A stretch of 64,000 nucleotides of DNA from Clostridia bacterium (GTDB lineage: Bacteria > Bacillota > Clostridia > CAKSNL01 > HGM11501): NCBI GenBank assembly GCA_045545475.1, contig JAZQAZ010000031.1, forward strand, positions 25,164 through 89,163, given 5' to 3'. This document shows, piece after piece, positions 53,867 through 63,824 of this stretch (the stretch's first letter is position 1; every line of letters begins with the position of its first letter). The notes under the pieces are model-generated. The model had not been told where the DNA came from and did no database searches. It saw nothing but the letters and a program-made list of their open reading frames with translations. The translations under genes and the position numbers were made by a program.

Positions 53867-56866
53867 ATGAAAAAAATAATATCTGTTGTATTAACACTTT
53901 CAATATTAATATCTGCACTTTCGTTTGTCGCTTCCGTTTCGGCAGCAGACTATGACACAAGTCAGTTTATAGAAAGAAAGGGCTGGACTGTTACCGTTTC
54001 CTGCTATAAAAAGCCTCATAACAATGCTCTCAACCTTGTTGACGGAAGGACGGATACCTTCTGGCATTCTGATTATGTGGAAGCAGACGGTGCCATCACA
54101 AGTCACGATGAGCCCCCTTATGAAATAAATGTAACACTTCCTGAAGCTGCAACAATTTCGGGCTTCGGAATATGTCCCAGAACAGGAAACCTTACGGGAA
54201 ACATCACGGGCTATGAGTTTTACTACTCCAAAGAGGATAATGGAGACTGGTACTTTGCTTCAAAGGGTAATTTCGTAAACGACTGGACTCCCAAGTATGT
54301 GCGCTTCGATGAAAACATCACCGTTAAAAAGGTACGCTTTGTAATAACAAGCTCTCATAATGGATACGGCGTTTTAACGGAGTTTGATCTTCTTTCCGAG
54401 TGGGACGGATCTACTGCACTTCCCGACGGAAGCACAGAGACAGTAAAAGTCGAGGGAACAAAGGCGGAAGGTGTAGCAGGTAAAACCATAAGCAGAAAGG
54501 GCTGGAAGGTAACAGCCTCCGATTATAAGAGCTATAACCATCCTGCAAATATGGTTGACGGAAGAAGCGACACCTACTGGCACTCCGACTATGAGGATGA
54601 CGGAACAAATATAACAAGTCAGGTGCCCTGTCCTCACGAGGTGGTAATTGAGCTTCCGGAAGCAACGGATGTTTCGGCACTTAAAATTCTGCCAAGATCC
54701 GGCAATCCTACGGGGCTTATAAAAGCCTATGAGGTTTACGTAAGTGCGGATGATTCCGATAACTGGACCAAGGTAGTATCCGGCACAATGGAAGAAAACT
54801 ATGACGAAAAGACCATTGATTTTGGAACAACCGTTAAAGCAAAAAAAGTACGCCTTGTAATAACAGAATCCGTTAAGGATTTTGCTCTTATTGCAGAAAT
54901 AAACCTTGAAGGAGCATCATCGGGAACATCTTCTGCTCCTTCGGAAAATACAAATGCAGGCGGAACTACCGCAGAGGGTTTTGTTGAAAGGTCAGGTTGG
55001 CAGGCAAAAGCATCCAGCGAATATAATGAGGATTTACGCGGTGCACGCCTCTTTGACGGGGATACCAATTCCTACTGGCACAGCTCGTATACCGCTGAAG
55101 GCAGTACCATCACAGGTCAGGATCAGCCTCCCTTCTATGTTGTGGCAAAATTCCCTTCTGAGACGGCATTTTCCGGCTTTCGTTACACTCCCCGTGTTGA
55201 CAACAACACAGGAACAGTTTTAGCCTATGAGTTTTACGTAATAGATTCTGATACTTCCGCAAAACTTGTTAAATCGGGAAAGATGGAGCTTTCAAAAAAT
55301 GCGACAACCGTTGAGTTTGGCTTTAACATAAAGGGTAAGGGTATCGTATTTAAGGTAACGGAAGGCCTTCACGGCTACGGAACAGGAAGCGAACTTGACC
55401 TTTTGGTTGCTGCCTCCGGAGTCAGTGAGAAAAAAGTATCTGATTTTGCCGACAGTAAAAGAGACCTTAAGATAGACGGATTTACCGTAACTGACACATA
55501 TGAGCTTTCAAAACTGAAGGCCTCGGATTTTGTCAAGAAAACCGGATGGAAGGCAGAGGTTTCCTCGGAATACCCACAGAACCCCGGGAAGTACGCCATC
55601 GACGGAAATGCCGCATCATTCTGGCATACCTACTACAAGGCAGAGGGTTCAAGCATTGTTGACTATGCGACTCTTCCTCATAGCCTTACGGTGACTCTTC
55701 CTGAAACCACGGCTGTAAGCGGCTTTGCCGTAACACCCAGAGGTGAAGCAGGCGGAAGAGTTACGGAATATGAGTTTTACGGTGCACTTGGGGACGGAGA
55801 ATTTGAACTGATTTCCGTGGGTACTCTTGCCAACAAATCTGAAACACAGATTATAGAATTTCCCGCAAACATTGCTCTTTCCAAGGTTATGTTAAAGGCC
55901 GTAGCAACCCACGGCGGAAAGTACTGTGCTATAGCAGAGTTTGACCTTCTTGCAGAGAACAAGGAAAAGGAAACAGCTACATCTTTTAAGGAGCTTTACG
56001 AACTTATTGACGGAGAAACGTTGGTTCCTCTTTCAAAAACGGGCTTTACGGCAAATGCTACAAGCGGTGTTAAGAGTGCAATGCTTGCAATTGACGGAAT
56101 GGGAACCTCCACATCATGGCATTCTGATGCAGATAAACAGCACGACTTTCCTATAACATATTCCGTTGATATGGGTGATATCTACACTCTTTCCTATCTT
56201 CAGTATTCTCCCAGAGGCGGAGACGCTGAAATGATAGGCTACTGGACAGATTTTGATGTTTTCGTAAGTGCTGACGGCGAGGAATATGAGCAGGTGGTTT
56301 CCCACGGCAGTGTGGAGCTTACTCAGAATAAGATATCCTTAATTGAATTTTCGAAAACCTGCGATGTACGTTATATCGATATTGAAATCTACGATGGTAA
56401 CCACGGTTATGCAGTGTGCGGTGAGCTTGACTTCCTTGTTCCCAAAAAGGAAATTGAGGCAAGAAAGAAAAATAACTACTACAAACTTCAGATTGGTTCA
56501 AACACCGTTACAACAGTAAAGAACGGCGTAGAAACCGTAAAGGAGATTGACGTTGCACCGTATATTATGAATGGCTCTACGCTTATTCCTTTAAGAGGAC
56601 TTTTAGAAGAAATGGGAGCTACCTTTACATGGGACGGTGAGCACAGAAAAATCGGCATTACTAAAGATGAAACTCAAATCGAAATGCAGATTTTCAATAA
56701 CCTGGTTTATGTAACAAACAATATTTACGGAAGAGTGAGATACACTCTTTCGGTGGTTCCGCAGATAAAGGATTCAAGAACTTTTGTGCCTGTAAGATTC
56801 ATATCGGAGCAGCTTGGGTACGAGGTTGTATGGGAAGCTGAAACTCAGTCAATTTATATTTATTAA
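53867..56866 (+). CDS. Secreted protein with five discoidin (F5/8 type C, CBM32-like) domains and a C-terminal stalk domain
   Basis: Five repeats of R.GW...DG...T.WH[ST]...PR...E[FL]D; TLIPLRGLLEEMGA and TFVPVRFISEQLGYEVVW. Confidence 0.85.
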   Translation: MKKIISVVLTLSILISALSFVASVSAADYDTSQFIERKGWTVTVSCYKKPHNNALNLVDGRTDTFWHSDYVEADGAITSHDEPPYEINVTLPEAATISGFGICPRTGNLTGNITGYEFYYSKEDNGDWYFASKGNFVNDWTPKYVRFDENITVKKVRFVITSSHNGYGVLTEFDLLSEWDGSTALPDGSTETVKVEGTKAEGVAGKTISRKGWKVTASDYKSYNHPANMVDGRSDTYWHSDYEDDGTNITSQVPCPHEVVIELPEATDVSALKILPRSGNPTGLIKAYEVYVSADDSDNWTKVVSGTMEENYDEKTIDFGTTVKAKKVRLVITESVKDFALIAEINLEGASSGTSSAPSENTNAGGTTAEGFVERSGWQAKASSEYNEDLRGARLFDGDTNSYWHSSYTAEGSTITGQDQPPFYVVAKFPSETAFSGFRYTPRVDNNTGTVLAYEFYVIDSDTSAKLVKSGKMELSKNATTVEFGFNIKGKGIVFKVTEGLHGYGTGSELDLLVAASGVSEKKVSDFADSKRDLKIDGFTVTDTYELSKLKASDFVKKTGWKAEVSSEYPQNPGKYAIDGNAASFWHTYYKAEGSSIVDYATLPHSLTVTLPETTAVSGFAVTPRGEAGGRVTEYEFYGALGDGEFELISVGTLANKSETQIIEFPANIALSKVMLKAVATHGGKYCAIAEFDLLAENKEKETATSFKELYELIDGETLVPLSKTGFTANATSGVKSAMLAIDGMGTSTSWHSDADKQHDFPITYSVDMGDIYTLSYLQYSPRGGDAEMIGYWTDFDVFVSADGEEYEQVVSHGSVELTQNKISLIEFSKTCDVRYIDIEIYDGNHGYAVCGELDFLVPKKEIEARKKNNYYKLQIGSNTVTTVKNGVETVKEIDVAPYIMNGSTLIPLRGLLEEMGATFTWDGEHRKIGITKDETQIEMQIFNNLVYVTNNIYGRVRYTLSVVPQIKDSRTFVPVRFISEQLGYEVVWEAETQSIYIY

Positions 56867-56867
56867 T

Positions 56868-56900
56868 AAAAAAATGCCGAAAATTCTTCGGCATTTTTTT
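56868..56900 (+). terminator. Rho-independent terminator
   Basis: AAAAAAATGCCGAA / TTCGGCATTTTTTT. Confidence 0.88.
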
Positions 56901-56954
56901 TTGCGTTTAAATAGGCATAAAAACGCCGTTTGAGAATAAAATGTTTAAAAAGTC

Positions 56955-56983
56955 TTTACAAAATTGTTAAGATATGATATAAT
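56955..56983 (+). promoter_or_regulatory. Extended sigmaA promoter
   Basis: TTTACA-17 bp-TATAAT with TGn. Confidence 0.65.
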
Positions 56984-57006
56984 TCTTGCCATTGAGGTGA
57001 TGAAAA

Positions 57007-58170
57007 GTGAAACTCAAGGATGCAACAGGAATGCCGGGAAAGAGAATTTCAACCTTGGTGTTGGCAACATTACTTGCACTTCTTACAGTGGCTACGGTAT
57101 CCGGTTATAACTTCGGATACAATCTTTATATAGATGATGTTTATATGGGTTCATTTACTTCTGAGGAAGATGCGAAAAAGGTTGCCGGAACCATTTTGGA
57201 TAAAGACGGAATCGACTTAAGCGGAAAAGAAAAAATAGAATTCGGAATAATGGACGATGAACGTTTTACCGATGTATCCGAAGCCTGCGATAACTTCAGA
57301 AAGCAGGATGAAAGATTTACGGAAGCTTATTCTCTTTATCTTGACGGAGAAAGGATATTTTCATCATTTGCACTTCAGGAAGTGATTGATGTAAAATATG
57401 GCTACCTTGCACGCTTTCATGAAGAAGGTGCTGTCAGCGTAGAATTTACCGAAAGCTGTGTAATGACAAAGGAGTTTGTGGTTAAAGAACTTGTTGTATC
57501 CAAGGATGAGGCTTATAATATGCTGGAAGGGGCATCTGATGTCAAGACCGTAATTAAAGTGAGCTATTATGAATCTATCCCTTATGAAACAGTGGAAATT
57601 GGGGATGCAACACTTTATGTTGATGAAACTGCAATTGAGAGCGAGGGCGTTACAGGGGAAAAGTACGTTGAATATACAACGGAAAAGATTAACGGAGAAA
57701 CTGTTTCTGAAAGTATAACAGGTGAAACTGTTTTAACTGAGGTTGAGGCAAGAGTAATCAGAAAGGGAGAAAAGAATTATCAAAAGGGAGTTGCCGTCGG
57801 AACATTCAAAAATCCTGCTGAAGGAGTTCTTACATCCCCCTTTGGTCCCCGTTGGGGAAGGATGCATAAAGGCATTGATATAGCTGCTGCTACAGGTACT
57901 CCTATGTATGCCGCAGACGGCGGAGAAGTAATTTATTCCGGCTGGATGAGCGGATATGGTTATCTTGTCCAGATAGATCACAAAAACGGATATACCACTT
58001 ATTATGCACATTGCTCAACTCTCCATGTAAATGTGGGGGATAAAGTGGCAAAGGGAGATTTAATTGCAGACATGGGCTCTACGGGAAATTCGACAGGTCC
58101 TCATCTTCATTTTGAGATAAGGCTTGACAATGTTCCCATGGATCCTGAAGATTATGTTAATTACAGATGA
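57007..58170 (+). CDS. M23 family peptidoglycan endopeptidase with G5 domain
   Basis: HKGID, YAH, GNSTGPHLHFE; G5-like segment IPYET...GVTGEK...VIRKG. Confidence 0.92.
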   Translation: MKLKDATGMPGKRISTLVLATLLALLTVATVSGYNFGYNLYIDDVYMGSFTSEEDAKKVAGTILDKDGIDLSGKEKIEFGIMDDERFTDVSEACDNFRKQDERFTEAYSLYLDGERIFSSFALQEVIDVKYGYLARFHEEGAVSVEFTESCVMTKEFVVKELVVSKDEAYNMLEGASDVKTVIKVSYYESIPYETVEIGDATLYVDETAIESEGVTGEKYVEYTTEKINGETVSESITGETVLTEVEARVIRKGEKNYQKGVAVGTFKNPAEGVLTSPFGPRWGRMHKGIDIAAATGTPMYAADGGEVIYSGWMSGYGYLVQIDHKNGYTTYYAHCSTLHVNVGDKVAKGDLIADMGSTGNSTGPHLHFEIRLDNVPMDPEDYVNYR

Positions 58171-58171
58171 A

Positions 58172-58199
58172 AAAAGCCGATTCACATGAATCGGCTTTT
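58172..58199 (+). terminator. Terminator
   Basis: AAAAGCCGATTCA-CA-TGAATCGGCTTTT. Confidence 0.8.
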
Positions 58200-58207
58200 C
58201 TTATTGA

Positions 58208-58236
58208 TTGACACAAAGTATGTTTTATGATATTAT
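58208..58236 (+). promoter_or_regulatory. Extended sigmaA promoter of the nfeD-SPFH operon
   Basis: TTGACA-17 bp-TATTAT with TGn. Confidence 0.7.
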
Positions 58237-58258
58237 AAAAAAGAAAGGAAGTGAGTCT

Positions 58259-58690
58259 ATGCAAAGTGCAATCTGGCTTATAATAGCAGTGGTTCTTGCA
58301 GTTATTGAGGCTTCTACCGTGCAGCTTGTGTGCATATGGTTTGCACTGGGTGCGGTTTTGGCACTTATAACTTCAATTTTCACGGAAAGCATACTGATTC
58401 AGGTGCTTGTGTTCATTTTCTCATCGGTGATAATTCTGGCTCTTACGAGAAAAATCGTAAATCGCCTTACCGGAGAAAGAAAGGTTGCGACAAATGCCGA
58501 TTCTTTGATAGGGAAAACCTTTGCTATAACAGAAGAGGTTGATAACGATAAAGGAACAGGAAGTCTTAAAGCACTTGGTACAGTGTGGAGCGTAGTAAAT
58601 ACTGAGGATGCTGTATTACCGGCAGGAACAAAGGTTATAATAGAAAGAATAGAAGGAGTTAAGCTCCTTGTAAAAGAAAAAGAAAATTAA
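58259..58690 (+). CDS. NfeD family protein
   Basis: Hydrophobic N-terminus, LIGK, GTVWS, IEGVKLLV OB domain; upstream of SPFH gene. Confidence 0.88.
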   Translation: MQSAIWLIIAVVLAVIEASTVQLVCIWFALGAVLALITSIFTESILIQVLVFIFSSVIILALTRKIVNRLTGERKVATNADSLIGKTFAITEEVDNDKGTGSLKALGTVWSVVNTEDAVLPAGTKVIIERIEGVKLLVKEKEN

Positions 58691-58702
58691 GGAGGATTTT
58701 TT

Positions 58703-59599
58703 ATGGAATGGATTATCATATTATTAGTAATTTTAGTGGCACTTATTATTGCCAATATAAGAATTGTGTCTCAGGCACATGCCTGCATTGTTGAACGCTT
58801 CGGGGCTTATAATGCAACCTGGGGCGTGGGTATTCATTTCAAGCTTCCTTTCATAGACAGGGTTTCCAAAATGATAAGCCTTAAAGAACATGTGGCAGAT
58901 TTTCCGCCTCAGCCGGTGATAACAAAGGATAATGTAACAATGCAGATAGATACTGTTGTTTACTATCAGATAACAGATCCCAAGCTTTTCACCTACGGTG
59001 TTGAACGCCCCATGATGGCAATTGAAAACCTTACTGCAACAACACTCAGAAATATCATAGGTGATCTGGAGCTTGACGAAACTTTAACCAGCCGTGATAC
59101 CATAAATACAAAGATGCGTGCAATTCTGGATGAAGCAACTGATCCCTGGGGAATTAAAATAAACAGAGTGGAGCTTAAGAATATTATTCCTCCCAGAGAA
59201 ATTCAGGATGCCATGGAAAAGCAGATGAAGGCAGAACGTGAACGCCGTGAAGCAATACTCCGTGCTGAGGGTGACAAAAAATCTGCGATTTTGATTGCAG
59301 AAGGTGAAAAAGAATCAGCTATTCTCCGTGCAGATGCCAAGAAAGAAGCGGCAATTCGCGAAGCAGAAGGCCAGGCAGAGGCAATAGTAAAGGTGCAGGA
59401 AGCTATAGCAGAAGGTATCAGGAAAATAAACGAGGCCGCTCCCGGCGAGGCGTACCTTACCATGAAATCATTGGAGGCATTTGAAAAGGCTTCCGACGGT
59501 AAGGCGACGAAGATAATTATTCCTTCGGATTTTCAGGGAATAGCAGGACTTGCCACGGGAATAAAAGAGGTTCTTACCGATCCTGAAAATAAAAAATAA
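58703..59599 (+). CDS. SPFH/band 7 (QmcA/stomatin-like) protein
   Basis: IVERFG, VITKDNV, TTLRNIIG, MEKQMKAERERR. Confidence 0.95.
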   Translation: MEWIIILLVILVALIIANIRIVSQAHACIVERFGAYNATWGVGIHFKLPFIDRVSKMISLKEHVADFPPQPVITKDNVTMQIDTVVYYQITDPKLFTYGVERPMMAIENLTATTLRNIIGDLELDETLTSRDTINTKMRAILDEATDPWGIKINRVELKNIIPPREIQDAMEKQMKAERERREAILRAEGDKKSAILIAEGEKESAILRADAKKEAAIREAEGQAEAIVKVQEAIAEGIRKINEAAPGEAYLTMKSLEAFEKASDGKATKIIIPSDFQGIAGLATGIKEVLTDPENKK

Positions 59600-59667
59600 A
59601 AAATGCAACCTTTTTTGAGGTTATTTTGTATTATTACAGGAATACTAAAAAAGAAAGGAAGATTTTT

Positions 59668-60162
59668 GTGAAAAAAATATTGGCATTAATTCTTGCCGCA
59701 ACATTTTTGTTTGCACTTGCGGCATGCACTAAAACCGAGGAGGAATTAACTCTCGGAGGAAAACTTAAAAAGCAGTTTGTTGAAATAACAGACGGTGGAG
59801 AAACAGACCCCTATACAATAGCGGAAGCCTTAATGACAAATGAAGCGATTGAATTTGCTCCCATGGTTATGGAAATTGAACCCGGAACATTTTTACAGGG
59901 TTTTACCCTTGATGAAATGACAGGATTCAGCAAAGCGGCTATGTTCGGGCCTATGATAGGTTCTATTCCCTTTATCGGCTATATCTTCAGCCTTAGCGAT
60001 GATGCGGATGTTGACGGATTTATCAATACGCTTACGGAAAATGCGGATCTCAGATGGAATATCTGCGTGAGTGCAGATGAGATGCATACGGAAAAGAGCG
60101 GAACAACCGTGTTTTTCCTTATGAGTCCCTTAAGCTTAGATACCGAAGTACCACAGGAATAA
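59668..60162 (+). CDS. Lipoprotein associated with the MBOAT/DHHW cluster
   Basis: GTG start after AAAGGAAG, lipobox LAAC. Confidence 0.75.
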   Translation: MKKILALILAATFLFALAACTKTEEELTLGGKLKKQFVEITDGGETDPYTIAEALMTNEAIEFAPMVMEIEPGTFLQGFTLDEMTGFSKAAMFGPMIGSIPFIGYIFSLSDDADVDGFINTLTENADLRWNICVSADEMHTEKSGTTVFFLMSPLSLDTEVPQE

Positions 60163-60165
60163 GAA

Positions 60166-60197
60166 AAAAAGCGGAAAGATTTTTCTTTCCGCTTTTT
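60166..60197 (+). terminator. Terminator-like hairpin between lipoprotein and MBOAT genes
   Basis: AAAAAGCGGAAAGA / TCTTTCCGCTTTTT. Confidence 0.75.
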
Positions 60198-60216
60198 ATA
60201 AAGAAACGGTGATTTT

Positions 60217-61611
60217 ATGCTTTTTTCAGGAATACCATTTTTGTTTTATTTCCTTCCGGCAGTTCTTATCTTTTACTTCTTGCTTTCTCAAAAAGCGAGA
60301 AACGGATGTTTGATTTTATTCAGCCTTATCTTTTATGCATGGGGCGAACCGGTGTATATTTTTCTCATGATAGCGTCCATTGTTTCGGGGTACTTTCTTG
60401 CCAGGGGAATAGAGAAATATCGGAAAAGTACAATAGGAAATATTTGCTTTTTCCTGGCGGTGGCCATAAGCCTTTCGGCACTTGGCTTTTTCAAGTATTT
60501 TGATTTCGTTACAGGAAGTATTAATTCTTTTACGGGACTAAATCTCCCCATACTTAAGATTGCACTGCCAATAGGAATAAGCTTTTACACATTCCAGCTT
60601 TTAAGCTATGTGATAGATGTTAAAAGGGGAGATGTGCCGGCACAGAAAAATATAATAGATCTTGCCTGCTACATTACCATGTTTCCGCAGCTTATCGCAG
60701 GCCCGATTGTGAGATATTCTGATATTTTAACAGAGCTTAATGAGCGTACTCACAGCTTTGAACGTGCCTCTCTCGGTATAAGAAGGTTTGTGATGGGACT
60801 TTCCAAAAAGGTTCTTATAGCAAATACTCTGGGGGAGCTTTGTGACGTATTCAGAGAGACAAACGAAGTCAGTGTGGTATTTTACTGGATGTATGCCCTT
60901 TGCACCGCACTTCAGCTTTATTTCGACTTTTCCGGCTACAGCGATATGGCAATTGGTATTGGACATATTTTTGGATTTCATTTTATTGAAAACTTCAACT
61001 ATCCGTTTATTTCTAAGAGCATAGCGGAATTCTGGAGAAGATGGCACATGTCTCTGGGAAGCTGGTTTCGTGACTATGTCTATATCCCCATGGGCGGAAA
61101 CAGAGTCAAGCCGTTACGGTGGTTTTTCAATATTCTTACGGTGTGGATGCTTACCGGATTGTGGCACGGTGCGGCGTGGAATTTTGTTGTCTGGGGACTC
61201 TACTTTGCATTCTTTCTGGTTATCGAGAAACTGTTTTTGTCAAAGCTTCTTGAAAAGAGTGTGGTGCTTTCCCATATATATGTGATAATAACCGTGCTTA
61301 TCAGCTTTGTGATTTTCTCATCCTCGGACATACCGACTGCCGGCTATGAAATTAAAGCTCTTTTAGGTTTAAGCGACATTCCGTTTATTACAAATGAGAC
61401 CATTTACTATCTTAAGAGCTATGCCTTTTTAATATGTCTTGCTTTAATAGGAAGCACACCTTTCGTAAAAACTGTGGCAGAAAAAGTTTCGATTAAATGG
61501 GAAAAGGCAGTAAATGTTTTGGAAGTACCGGTACTTTTTGCTCTTTTTGTAATTTCGGTTGCGTATCTTGTTGACGGAAGCTTTAATCCGTTTTTATACT
61601 TCAGATTTTAA
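60217..61611 (+). CDS. MBOAT O-acyltransferase (AlgI/PatA/DltB family)
   Basis: LPIGISFYTFQ, FPQLIAGPIVR, YFDFSGYSDMA, FWRRWHMSL, LWHGA, NPFLYFRF. Confidence 0.93.
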   Translation: MLFSGIPFLFYFLPAVLIFYFLLSQKARNGCLILFSLIFYAWGEPVYIFLMIASIVSGYFLARGIEKYRKSTIGNICFFLAVAISLSALGFFKYFDFVTGSINSFTGLNLPILKIALPIGISFYTFQLLSYVIDVKRGDVPAQKNIIDLACYITMFPQLIAGPIVRYSDILTELNERTHSFERASLGIRRFVMGLSKKVLIANTLGELCDVFRETNEVSVVFYWMYALCTALQLYFDFSGYSDMAIGIGHIFGFHFIENFNYPFISKSIAEFWRRWHMSLGSWFRDYVYIPMGGNRVKPLRWFFNILTVWMLTGLWHGAAWNFVVWGLYFAFFLVIEKLFLSKLLEKSVVLSHIYVIITVLISFVIFSSSDIPTAGYEIKALLGLSDIPFITNETIYYLKSYAFLICLALIGSTPFVKTVAEKVSIKWEKAVNVLEVPVLFALFVISVAYLVDGSFNPFLYFRF

Positions 61612-61622
61612 AGGAGGACGCT

Positions 61623-62723
61623 ATGAATAAAAATATAAAAAATAAAATAACAGTCTTCCTGTTCGGATTCTTTATATTAGCTTTTTTGCTGGGTGCGGTA
61701 TTTATGAAAAAAGATAAATATACGGAAAGCGAAAGAAGAGCCTTGGCGGAATTTCCGAAGGTAAGTAAAGAAAGCATTTTGTCAGGAGAATTTTCTTCTG
61801 AATTTGAAACGTACGCCACGGATAATTTTCCGTTGAGAGATGTGTTCCGGGGAATTAAAAACGCTTCCGAGCTTTATCTTTTCGGTAAAGAGGACACTAA
61901 CGGACTTTATTTGAAGGATGGACACATTTCCAAAACAGAGTATCCCGAAAGTGAAAAAATGGTGAATAATACCGTAAGGAAAATTACGGATATTTATGAA
62001 ACGTATCTTAAGGATAAGGCTGAAAATATCTACGTTTCCGTAATTCCCGATAAAGGAAAGTTCCTTTCGGAGGGCAAGCTTTCACTGGACTATGAGGGCT
62101 TTGAGAAACGCTTTACGGAAAAAGTATCTTTCGCAACTCCCATAAAAATATCTGATTTGCTTTCAGCAGACTCATATTATAAAACGGATTCGCACTGGAG
62201 ACAGGAAAAAATCATTCCAATAGCAGAAAGACTTCTTTCCGGTATGGGAAAGAGCCTTTCAGAGAGCTTTAAGGAAAAGACGGTTAGGGAAGATTTTTAC
62301 GGCGTTTATGCAGGGCAAAGTGCATTTTACGGCATAAAGGATGAAATTGTAATTTTGGAATCAGAAAGCATAGAAAATGCAATCGTTACAAGCTTTGACA
62401 CGGGGAAGGCGGTTGAAACAGCGGTTTACACCATGGAGGAACTTGAAAGTGCCGATCCTTATGAGGTATATCTTTCCGGTGCAGATGCACTTCTTGTAAT
62501 AGAAAATCCTGCGGCAAAAGGAAAGGGACATCTTATAATTTTCAGAGATTCTTTCGGATCTTCAATAGCACCGCTGTTAATATCTGAATATGAAAAAATT
62601 ACGTTGGCAGACACACGCTATATCCTTCCTTCGGCAATATCGTCCTATGTGGACTTTGATGGAGCTGATGTACTTTTCCTTTATTCCACTTCCATAATAA
62701 ATAACAGCAGTATGTTAAAATGA
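61623..62723 (+). CDS. DHHW family (AlgJ/AlgX-like) O-acetyltransferase
   Basis: ERRALA, DNFPLRD, YYKTDSHW, FRDSFG; follows MBOAT. Confidence 0.85.
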   Translation: MNKNIKNKITVFLFGFFILAFLLGAVFMKKDKYTESERRALAEFPKVSKESILSGEFSSEFETYATDNFPLRDVFRGIKNASELYLFGKEDTNGLYLKDGHISKTEYPESEKMVNNTVRKITDIYETYLKDKAENIYVSVIPDKGKFLSEGKLSLDYEGFEKRFTEKVSFATPIKISDLLSADSYYKTDSHWRQEKIIPIAERLLSGMGKSLSESFKEKTVREDFYGVYAGQSAFYGIKDEIVILESESIENAIVTSFDTGKAVETAVYTMEELESADPYEVYLSGADALLVIENPAAKGKGHLIIFRDSFGSSIAPLLISEYEKITLADTRYILPSAISSYVDFDGADVLFLYSTSIINNSSMLK

Positions 62724-62770
62724 GCAGACGCAGGTCTGCTCATTTGGCTTTTAAAATACCCGATTTAATA

Positions 62771-62798
62771 TTGACAATGGGTGATAAAATGTTATAAT
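62771..62798 (+). promoter_or_regulatory. SigmaA promoter of the fucosidase gene
   Basis: TTGACA-16 bp-TATAAT with TGn. Confidence 0.7.
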
Positions 62799-62829
62799 AT
62801 ATAGTGTAATAAATTAGAAGGAGAAGGCT

Positions 62830-63792
62830 ATGGATAACAAACTGTGGTTTAGAGAGGCTAAATTCGGAATGATGATTCATTTCGGCCTTTATTCCATACT
62901 TGGCGGCGAATGGCAAGGGAAAAGAACCGATCAGATAGGTGAGTGGGCACAGTCTTATTTCAGGATTCCGAATAAGGAATATCACCGCCTTGCAGAAATT
63001 TTCAACCCCCTTTATTTTAACGCTGAGGAATGGGTTAAAACCGCAAAGGATGCGGGAATGAAATATTTCGTAATAACAAGCAAGCATCACGACGGCTTTG
63101 CACTTTTTAAGTCGGAGGCAAGCTCCTTCAACGTGGTTGATGCAACGCCTTTCAAGAGAGACATAATTGCTGAAATTGCAGAAGCCTGCTATAAATACGA
63201 CATTAAGCTGGGGTTATATTATTCCCAGGCACTTGACTGGGCACATCCCCACGGCTCCGGGTATGAAGCCGGGTACGGTTTGAATTGCGGTGTTATGGAC
63301 TGGGGTAACACCTGGGATTTTCCGGATTATGAAAAGAAGGACTACAGAATTTGTTATGAGGAAAAAATAAAACCTCAGGTAAAGGAAATTCTCACAAAGT
63401 ATGGAGATTTATGCCTGATATGGTTTGATACTCCGATAAATATGCCAAAAGAACTGAGTTTGGAGCTATACGAAATGGTTAAGCATTATCAGCCGGATTG
63501 TCTCATAAATTCGAGACTTGGACATGGTGTATGTGACTATGAGTCGGCGGGAGATAACGAAATTCCCGAGGATAAAAAGGATATGCTTTTTGAAACTCCG
63601 GCGACGCTTAACGATACATGGGGTTATAAATCCTTTGACCAGAACTGGAAAAATGCAGACGAAGTAATAAGAATAAAGAATCACTTAAACGAGCGAGGAA
63701 TAAATTATCTTCTTAACGTGGGACCAGATCATCTTGGAAGATTCCCTGCTCCCGCAACGGAAATTCTTCTGGAAGTGGGAAGGGCATTATAA
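62830..63792 (+). CDS. Alpha-L-fucosidase (GH29), cytoplasmic, catalytic domain only
   Basis: WFREAKFGMMIHFG, TSKHHDGF, GLYYS..DW, LIWFD nucleophile, INSR, WGY, NYLLNVGP; no signal peptide. Confidence 0.92.
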   Translation: MDNKLWFREAKFGMMIHFGLYSILGGEWQGKRTDQIGEWAQSYFRIPNKEYHRLAEIFNPLYFNAEEWVKTAKDAGMKYFVITSKHHDGFALFKSEASSFNVVDATPFKRDIIAEIAEACYKYDIKLGLYYSQALDWAHPHGSGYEAGYGLNCGVMDWGNTWDFPDYEKKDYRICYEEKIKPQVKEILTKYGDLCLIWFDTPINMPKELSLELYEMVKHYQPDCLINSRLGHGVCDYESAGDNEIPEDKKDMLFETPATLNDTWGYKSFDQNWKNADEVIRIKNHLNERGINYLLNVGPDHLGRFPAPATEILLEVGRAL

Positions 63793-63824
63793 AAAAATGA
63801 TATGTTTTAAGCAAAAAAATGGCA

